Source: Nemertoderma westbladi
Taxonomy: Eukaryota > Animalia > Xenacoelomorpha
Reading direction: 5' to 3'
DNA length: 47,161 nt
Assembly (NCBI GenBank): GCA_032718475.1
Contig: JAUCBJ010005610.1
Coordinates: 1 to 47,161, forward strand
Shown: positions 39,409-47,161 of the stretch, one piece after another
Layout of the letters: the number at the start of each line of letters is the position of its first letter
Position numbering within the stretch: the first letter of the stretch is position 1
Made by a program: the position numbers and the translations under genes
The notes under the pieces: generated by a model
Told to the model about the DNA's origin: nothing
Database searches by the model: none
The model's input: only the letters and a program-made list of their open reading frames with translations

Positions 39409-40225
39409 TATATATATTAGAACAAAAAATATTTGTTCTAGAACATAACTTTTTAAAAAATAAATAGCTAACATCTTCTGGAACATTTTATATACAAATA
39501 GTAACAAGAACTAGCTACTACGAAATATTTATAGAGGGAAGTAGGATTGCGGAACCAGTGTCAAAATTACTAGCTAAACCTAGTGAATGAATTACGTCTA
39601 TTGACCAAATTGCAGCAAATTAAAATTTATAGAACTCTCCCCATATCAAAATAATCAAATTGTTGTAAAAAAAAAATCTTGCCCCCAGTCACCGCCCCCA
39701 ATTAACTCGATGGCATGGCCTTGTATATAATATAGTACGTACGCCTTGAATACAATACAATGTAGCATGAGCTGTTGTTTGTAAGCCCTGTGTTACCAAG
39801 CTGTGTTGTGGGATGTCTGATATTGTTTCTTATAACCGGTACGGTATTTATTGTATTGGGAGGTTAAATACGTGACAATGTGAATGACCGACTCAGGTCC
39901 ACCTGCTGATTTATATTGTTTAGTCTATCATGTTACCGTTTAAAGTAACTCTATGGTTCTTATATATCTGGGTAGTGTAAAATAAAATGGATTAGTTGTT
40001 TACGGTTTTCTGTTTGCCGGCCTTTCTTTGAGTTTATTTTAACATTTTAGATTTCTTTTCGACTTTCGAATAGTGATAATCATTAGGTAGTGTACAAATA
40101 ATAAATAAGATTTCAAATATTAAAATTATATATATTTGGATATTATTTGTGATCGTTTTGATTTTGAGTGTGTTTAGTTCGCGTAGGTAAGACAAACAGT
40201 CTTATTTGTTTAACGGTAGTCATAA

Positions 40226-41904
40226 CCTACATTCCTGCAGTAGCATACATTCCTACAGTAGCCAACATTCCTACAGTAGCCTACATTCCTACAGTAGTAT
40301 ACATTCCTACAGTAGCCTACATTCCTACAGTAGCCTACATTCCTACAGTAGCCTACATTCATACAGTAGCCAACATTCCTGCAGTAGCATACATTCCTAC
40401 AGTAGCATACATTCCTACAGTAGCATACATTCCTACAGTAGTATACATTCCTACAGTAGCCTACATTCCTACAGTAGCATACATTCCTACAGTAGTATAC
40501 ATTCCTACAGTAGCCTACATTCCTACAGTAGCCTACATTCCTACAGTAGCCTACATTCATACAGTAGCCAACATTCCTGCAGTAGCATACATTCCTACAG
40601 TAGCCAACATTCCTACAGTAGCCTACATTCCTACAGTAGTATACATTCCTACAGTAGCCAACATTCCTACAGTAGCATACATTCCTGCAGTAGCATACAT
40701 TCCTACAGTAGCCTATATTCCTACAGTAGCCTACATTCCTACAGTAACCTACAGTGCTACAGTAGCCTACATTCCTGCAGTAGCATACATTCCTACAGTA
40801 GCCTACATTCCTGCAGTAGTATGTATACATTCCTACAGTAGCCTATATTCCTACAGTAACCTACAGTGCTACAGTAGCCTACATTCCTGCAGTAGCATAC
40901 ATTCCTACAGTAGCCTACATTCCTGCAGTAGTATACATTCCTACAGTAGCCTATATTCCTACAGTAGCATACATTCCTACAGTAGCCTACATTCCTACAG
41001 TAGCCTACATTACTACAGTAGCCAACATTCCTACAGTAGCATACATTTTTACAGTAGCATACATTCCTACAGTAGCATACATTCATACAGTAGCCAACAT
41101 TCCTACAGTAGCATACATTCCTACAGTAGCCTACATTCCTACAGTAACCTACAGTGCTACAGTAGCCTACATTCCTGCAGTAGCATACATTCCTACAGTA
41201 GCCTACATTCCTGCAGTAGTATACATTCCTACAGTAGCCTATATTCATACAGTAGCATACATTCCTACAGTAGCCTACATTCCTACAGTAGCCAACATTC
41301 CTACAGTAGCCAACATTCCTACAGTAGCATACATTTTTACAGTAGCATACATTCCTACAGTAGCATACATTCATACAGTAGCCAACATTCCTGAAGTAGC
41401 ATACATTCCTACAGTAGCCTACATTCCTACAGTAACCTACAGTGCTACAGTAGCCTACATTCCTGCAGTAGCATACATTCCTACAGTAGCCTACATTCCT
41501 GCAGTAGTATACATTCCTACAGTAGCCTATATTCCTACAGTAGCATACATTCCTACAGTAGCCTACATTCCTACAGTAGCCTACATTCCTACAGTAGCCA
41601 ACATTCCTACAGTAGCATACATTTTTACAGTAGCATACATTCCTACAGTAGCATACATTCATACAGTAGCCAACATTCCTACAGTAGCATAGATTTTTAC
41701 AGTAGCATACATTCCTACAGTAGCATACATTCATACAGTAGCCAACATTCCTGCAGTAGCATACATTCCTACAGTAGCCTATATTCCTACAGTAGCCTAC
41801 ATTCCTACAGTAGCATACATTCCTACAGTAGCATACATTCCTGCAGTAGCATACATTCCTACTAACAGTAGCATACATTCCTACAGTAGCATACATTCAT
41901 ACAG
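40226..41904. repeat. 18-bp minisatellite (CCTACATTCCTACAGTAG), about 93 copies, with a 288-bp higher-order period
   Basis: The diagnostic variant AGTAACCTACAGTGCTAC occurs at 40743, 40855, 41143 and 41431. Confidence 0.98.
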
Positions 41905-41942
41905 TGATCACAATGTGGAGTGACGAATGTGGAAAACCAAAA
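41905..41942 (+). CDS. Candidate micro-exon (ITMWSDECGKPK; ATG at 41913; alternative in-frame acceptor gives a start at 41887)
   Basis: Unique sequence between two satellites. TACTAAC at 41860-41866, ACAG acceptor, ACAATG start context and AAA|GTAAGTAT donor. Its phase-0 end fits exon 42934. Confidence 0.55.
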
Positions 41943-42845
41943 GTAAGTATAGTTACGGAAAACCCAAAGTAAGTAGTTACTGAAAACCAAAAGTAAGTAC
42001 AGTTACGGAAAACCAAAAGTAAGTACAGTTACTGAAAACCAAAAGTAAGTACAGTTACGGAAAACCCAAAGTAAGTAGTTACTGAAAACCAAAAGTAAGT
42101 ACAGTTACGGAAAACCAAAAGTAAGTACAGTTACTGAAAACCAAAAGTAAGTACAGTTAGGAAAACCCAAAGTAAGTAGTTACTGAAAACCAAAATTAAG
42201 TACAGTTACGGAAATAACCCAAAGTAAGTAGTTACTGAAAACCAAAAGTAAGTACAGTTACGGAAAACCAAAAGTAAGTACAGTTACTGAAAACCAAAAG
42301 TAAGTACAGTTAGGAAAACCCAAAGTAAGTAGTTACTGAAAACCAAAATTAAGTACAGTTACGGAAATAACCCAAAGTAAGTAGTTACGGAAAACCCAAA
42401 GTAAGTACAGTTACGGAAAACCCAAAGTAAGTAGTTACTGAAAACCAAAAGTAAGTACAGTTACGGAAAACCCAAAGTAAGTACAGTTACGGAAAACCCA
42501 AAGTAAGTAGTTACTGAAAACCAAAAGTAAGTACAGTTACGGAAAACCCAAAGTAAGTAGTTACGGAAAACCCAAAGTAAGTACAGTTAAGGAAAACCCA
42601 AAGTAAGTAGTTACTGAAAACCAAAATTAAGTACAGTTACGGAAATAACCCAAAGTAAGTAGTTACGGAAAACCCAAAGTAAGTACAGTTACGGAAAACC
42701 CAAAGTAAGTAGTTACTGAAAACCAAAAGTAAGTACAGTTACGGAAATAACCCAAAGTAAGTAGTTACGGAAAACCCAAAGTAAGTACAGTTACTGAAAA
42801 CCCAAAGTAAGTACAGTTACTGAAAACCCAAAGTAACAGTTACAG
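41932..42845. repeat. Satellite of mixed 24/26-bp units (GAAAACCMAAAGTAAGT[AC]AGTTACK), about 36 copies
   Basis: Direct inspection. Almost every unit contains GTAAGT. Confidence 0.97.
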
Positions 42846-42933
42846 TACGTGCGTTCTCCGATTTAGCAGTTTCTTAGTGTGAGAACAAAATGCAACAACG
42901 ACTGTATATAACTCTTTTTTGAATTTTACTTAG

Positions 42934-43036
42934 GCCGAAGTGACGCGTTTCTTCAAAAAATCTCCCCGACAGAGAACCCAAAATTCTGAAACAAGCGACG
43001 AGCTAAGATTAGAGTTGGGTGATGAATTCACAACGG
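42934..43036 (+). CDS. Candidate exon, phase 0-1 (AEVTRFFKKSPRQRTQNSETSDELRLELGDEFTT)
   Basis: TTTTACTTAG acceptor, G|GTAAGT donor and an open frame. Confidence 0.7.
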
Positions 43037-44123
43037 GTAAGTTGGTGGTAATATAAAGTAAGTTACAATGTTTACCTAAATACCCAGTAAGGAAGGTATA
43101 ACTCTCTTACACATTTAATCAACTACACCATTTAATTTGACACTACCGCTATATTGTAGTACCATGAGCTATTACATTCAGGAATGTTACAGGCTGTGGT
43201 AGTATTTATTCAAATAATTAATTATTAGCTCTGTAATAATAGCTAAATCAAAAATTATCGCTAAAATGGCTATTCTCTCTCTAACTCATTGAAGGCTTTT
43301 TAGAACTACCAGGCCATGTTGCAAAGCGGGACTGGGGGATGCATGGAGGCAAATTATTTATTGTGATATTTCTTAATGAAAGTACTTAAAGAGATTTTTA
43401 AACTGTAAGTGTTTTCCACAATGCGCAACGAAACTTTTACAACGTACTGCGCAATTGACTAGCTAACTTGGGGATCAAAGTTATAAAGCAAACACACTGT
43501 ATTTCATGATGCAAAATTCAAACATTAATTTATTGAAAATTATAATAAATTTTCACATAAATTTTTTTAATTGTGCCGCAAGTTCAAATCCGACTAAAGG
43601 CTATAGAAATTTCGCACTGTTCTGTCCAAGCAAAACACTTAGATATTTAGTGCTTGGGAACCTGGCTTCTATGCTGGGTGCGTAAATAAAGGGTTCATAG
43701 TTATGGAGTGTTCATCCTTGGGAGTTAGTGTGGCGCCCTCCCTGTTTTACAAGTAACAGCCAAGAGAGAAGAGCCTTCGGTGTTTTATGTCTCCCCTTCA
43801 CTGATAAACCTTACTTAACTATTAGCTTTATAGCTAACTAATTTACATTAATGAAATATGAAGTATAAGCAAATTATTGATTGGGTAATGTTCGGCTTTG
43901 TCTCTCTCTCTGTATGAATTACAAATTATTTTTACACGGGGTATAATAGAGATAATATATTATTACAAATTATATTTACTATCACAAGAAATAGTTCATC
44001 ACCAATCCGCCTCTAATATAGTTCTATAATCACTCGCCTCATTGCCATAACACATAATGTCTGTCAAACACAAACTATTCTACTTAAACTTTTAACTACT
44101 ACAGTAGTAGTGGTGGCTTCCAG

Positions 44124-44207
44124 AGTCTACGGATAGTGATTTCAGACTTATACGCAAAAGACGGCTCTGTGTAGCTGTGATGACGCAAGTTAAATTGATT
44201 TTGATAG
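44124..44207 (+). CDS. Candidate exon, phase 1-1 (ESTDSDFRLIRKRRLCVAVMTQVKLILI)
   Basis: CTTCCAG acceptor and AG|GTAAGT donor. The frame is compatible with 43036. Confidence 0.5.
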
Positions 44208-44417
44208 GTAAGTCTCCCGCAAGAGTGGTGCTAAAGGGAAAGACCAAAATTTATACAACACTGAAAAAAACGAACTGAGTAGTATTTAGTAAGTGACCAT
44301 TCGTAACCAACTTATCTCGCATCAGCACCCTCGTAAACTTTGATATTGCGCCATAATTGGCGAACGTGCCGGGCACCTTGAAACCCTGTCTACCCAATGT
44401 TCGATCAGTAATTAGTG

Positions 44418-44511
44418 ATGCTTCCTTACACTAACCAAGTCTACGACTAGCTAATTACATCTCAATGCTTCCTTACACTAACCAAGTCTACGACTAGCTA
44501 ATTACATCTCA
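44418..44511. repeat. Perfect 47-bp tandem duplication
   Basis: ATGCTTCCTTACACTAACCAAGTCTACGACTAGCTAATTACATCTCA at 44418 and 44465. Confidence 0.95.
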
Positions 44512-44749
44512 ATCATTTCACTCGGGATCGGGATTACTTATATCAAGTGGAAACTGATGAATCTTGTGACAGTAAAATTAAATAATTTCAATTCCGCATT
44601 GCTTCTGACAAGGGATAGACTAGAGCCGGGGATAATTAAATTAATCCAAATTATAGTCTAATTAGATTGGTTTATTATGTTTAACTGTTGTGTAGTTATA
44701 ATATTATTATTGAAAATATCAAATTAATATGAAAACTTAAAATTTATGT

Positions 44750-45143
44750 AATATAAAAGACGAGTGGAGCAGCGCTTCGTGTATTATAATTGGTCGCTGA
44801 AGGCTCGCTGTTCTGACTCACCCAACTTTCACTACACAACCCCCCCCCCCCCCCCCCCCCCCCCCCACTTTGTGCAATTTTAATTCGTTTATATTTTAGT
44901 ACAATATATTCCCGGTTCGACCGGTGTTCAATATGAAATGAAATGAATAAATTATGTTGTTGATAAGTTCTGTTTTGTGGTGAAAGAATTATTCAATAGT
45001 GAAAACCGATGTCACGAAAGCCCTTCTAGCAAACCACAAAATTAGAAGAAAAAAAATTTCAAAAATTTTCAGAAAGTTGGAACATTTTGCAGTCGCTGTG
45101 GGTGATACCCCCCTTAAATATCCTCGCTACGCTCGTAATTAAA
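44750..45143. mobile_element. Short HINE-like element
   Basis: CGAGTGGAGCAGCG start is loosely inverse to the CCTCGCTACGCTCG-TAATT end. Internal poly-C tract. Confidence 0.35.
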
Positions 45144-45303
45144 ACGTCTCGGACTCTATTTTAAGAAAACCATATTTCACGCCGATGTAAATATAATAAT
45201 TATTAAACGTAATAGCCGTTCACCAACTCTTACAATTAATTGCACACCATTTAATGATTGTAAATAATATTAATTAATTACTTCGCTAAAACCAACGACG
45301 GCC

Positions 45304-47052
45304 CTACATTAACGGTTCGAGTTCCAGTTCCACCACGGAGCAGGGGTTAATCAACTCAAAGTTATGTATAACCTCGGGGTGCAGAACCCCCAAGGTGCCC
45401 ACAACTCGCCCCCGGGCGCGGATTAATGCCGACCTTCCCTGGAAGTAGGGCGGCAGACTGTCGGACCCCTCCAGTCGGTAGTCGGACACCCCGATGAGCT
45501 GCATGAAGCGATCCAACACGCCGTGGATCACCTCGAACCCGGAGGTCACGTTGTAGTAGGCGGCGCACAGACTGCGGCAGTTGCGAGCCCCGGTCTCGGA
45601 CCCGTGCTCCCGGACAACCACGTCAGAGATCTCGAAGAGTTTCAGCGGGAGCGGCATCTTCCGGCTGGCCGCCACCGTTTTAAGGATCCCCGGGAGCAGG
45701 GAAGGCCGCACTACTTGGAACTCGGCGGTTTTCGGGTTGGCTATCGTCGCCGTGTCGCCCCGATCCGGACGTCGCAACCGCCTACCCGCGTCGTCCCGAC
45801 TGCACAACGCAAAGGTGAGCGTCTCGGTGAATCCGGCCGCCGCGAGGTCCATACGGAGCAGGTCCGTTAGTTTATTCAGCGGGAGTTGTCGGGCCACTTT
45901 GTTGGTCGGCGGGATCGTGCGATGGATTCGGTTGAACCCGTAGGAGATAGCGACGTCTTCGTAGATGTCGCAAGGGTGGATGATGTCGGCTCGCGTGGGT
46001 GGGATAGTTACGGAGACAGTAGCGGAAGTCGCAACCGCCCCCAGTCCCATCCGCTCCAGCAGTCTGGCAACCCCTTCTGGGGTCTCAGATATTCCAACTA
46101 CTTTATTGACTTTCTCTACACTTATCGATTCTGTTCGTGTCGTTAGTAGCGGGTAGATTCGTTCCTCCCCGTTCCGAACAACCCGCACCGGTTCCACGGA
46201 GAACGGTTCCTCGCAGTAACAGCTGAACATCGTGACTAGCGTATCCAAGGCGACCTCGGCTTTACGGAGGTCCGTGGCCGTTATGTCGATGAATATATTG
46301 CGGGTTGCCAGGGAGATTCTCGAGTGGTGGCTGTTAATGATTGGCGGCATCGATAGGAGGACGTCGTCTGTGTCGTAGATGGCTGGGTATACCGGGGAGT
46401 CGAGGATTATCGGGAGGTAATGTTTGAGATGGTTGTCGGTAGCGTAGACGCGCATCAGTTGAGTGGCGGTTAGGGCCTCCGGTTGGTTGAGTGCTCGGAA
46501 TCGGATATCGTCCGGCGGACGGGCCACGTACCGGAACGGCGGCCGTACCGAGTCCAGGTCGTGCGTTCCTATCGCGACCAGCGTGCGACGTCGTCCGATG
46601 TTCTGGTGGAGTTTCTCCTGTAAGTCGATGAAACTCGCGTATCGTTCCGGGTTTAGTGTGACGCCGCGTAGGATCGCTCCCACTGCGAACGGACGGACTG
46701 AGCTGGTCTCCGGGGCGACGGTGAATGTGACCGGCACCGGGGCTGCAGGTGTCGAGAGGCGGTAGGTCGGCATCGGCTGCTTCCCGAGGAAAACGAGGAT
46801 CGCTTGGACGATCCCCTCGACGCACAGAAGGTCGTACCGGTTCGCCGGCACCTCAATCTTATAGACGACGGACGTCGATGCTGATTGGTCGGCCGCGCGA
46901 CCACCGTGTTCCTTAGCGATTTGTTCCGCCTCGGATGTGACTTCGTCTAGTTCGATGCCGAACTCGAAGCAAAGTTCGTCGAACTCCGCATCCGTATAGG
47001 TTGTTCCGAGTCGTCGGAATAACTCGTCACGTTTTACATTTATCGTCGGCAT
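45304..47052 (-). CDS. FARSB: Phenylalanine-tRNA ligase beta subunit (cytosolic, eukaryotic type), intronless, 582 aa
   Basis: Motifs MPTINV.R..LF..LG..YT..EFDELCFEFG.ELDE, KIEVPANRYDLLC.EG, SFIDLQEKLHQNI.R.RTLVAIGTHDLD, SMPPIINS.HS, PPTRADIIH.CDI.EDVAI.YG, NPKT.EFQVVR.SLLPG.LKT, PLKLFEISDVV, SGFEVIHG.LD, G.LHPEV..NFEL..P. Full length from ATG to TAG. Confidence 0.98.
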   Translation of the reverse strand: MPTINVKRDELFRRLGTTYTDAEFDELCFEFGIELDEVTSEAEQIAKEHGGRAADQSASTSVVYKIEVPANRYDLLCVEGIVQAILVFLGKQPMPTYRLSTPAAPVPVTFTVAPETSSVRPFAVGAILRGVTLNPERYASFIDLQEKLHQNIGRRRTLVAIGTHDLDSVRPPFRYVARPPDDIRFRALNQPEALTATQLMRVYATDNHLKHYLPIILDSPVYPAIYDTDDVLLSMPPIINSHHSRISLATRNIFIDITATDLRKAEVALDTLVTMFSCYCEEPFSVEPVRVVRNGEERIYPLLTTRTESISVEKVNKVVGISETPEGVARLLERMGLGAVATSATVSVTIPPTRADIIHPCDIYEDVAISYGFNRIHRTIPPTNKVARQLPLNKLTDLLRMDLAAAGFTETLTFALCSRDDAGRRLRRPDRGDTATIANPKTAEFQVVRPSLLPGILKTVAASRKMPLPLKLFEISDVVVREHGSETGARNCRSLCAAYYNVTSGFEVIHGVLDRFMQLIGVSDYRLEGSDSLPPYFQGRSALIRARGRVVGTLGVLHPEVIHNFELINPCSVVELELEPLM

Positions 47053-47161
47053 TGTCGATGTTAATACACTAGTTTGGATGTATTATTACAGTAGGCCTAT
47101 TACAGTAGGCCTATTATGTAGGCGAGTAGGCCTACCACACCTGAGAGTCCTGCTACAGTGC

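Noticed and set aside
40168-41896. Long ORFs of 206-408 aa (AYIPTV, HSYSSL and CRNVGY repeats)
   Set aside because: They are by-products of an 18-bp unit, open on both strands, switch repeat frame at a 4-nt insertion and lack good start codons.
28070-42845. Tandem arrays as CRISPR arrays
   Set aside because: There are no unique spacers and no cas genes, and the context is eukaryotic.
43570-43760. tRNA or SINE suggested by B-box GTTCAAATCC (43582-43591)
   Set aside because: No A-box, cloverleaf or tail is recognisable. At most a truncated SINE.
45304-45306. Host-wide reassignment of TAA/TAG to Gln
   Set aside because: FARSB ends with TAG at the expected C-terminus and has no internal TAR codons.
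45362-46904. Alternative-frame and antisense ORFs within FARSB
   Set aside because: Expected shadows of a GC-rich coding sequence.

Overview
Repeat-rich, AT-rich eukaryotic (apparently animal) genomic DNA. The only confidently named gene is an intronless phenylalanyl-tRNA synthetase beta subunit (FARSB, 45304-47052, minus strand). By reading splice signals I also infer an unannotated plus-strand spliced gene (or two genes) of short, phase-compatible exons from 16968 to 44207, encoding a Ser/Lys-rich protein I do not recognise. Its introns are filled with transposon relics and satellites. Mobile elements include a head-to-tail array of Helentron/HINE-like elements, a piggyBac-like MITE, BEL/Pao, CR1, RTE and CRE-clade retroelement remnants, hAT-like elements, a foldback MITE, a CCC-terminated element with an 8-bp TSD, and a decayed DD41D (rosa) Tc1/mariner. 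Tandem arrays have units of 21, 29, 37, 18 and 24/26 bp. Three observations stand out. (1) A 38-56 nt candidate exon is sandwiched between a satellite of 3'-splice-acceptor units, with one unique TACTAAC branch point at its end, and a satellite of GTAAGT 5'-donor units. (2) TA-N2-4-TA insertions (TAGGCCTA, TAGGCTA, TACTGTA, TATGTA) are pervasive, and several can be shown against inferable ancestral sequence to be insertions resembling transposon excision footprints. (3) A ~500-codon decayed ORF at the window start has internal stops that are all TAA/TAG. All exon models are manual inferences without transcript data.
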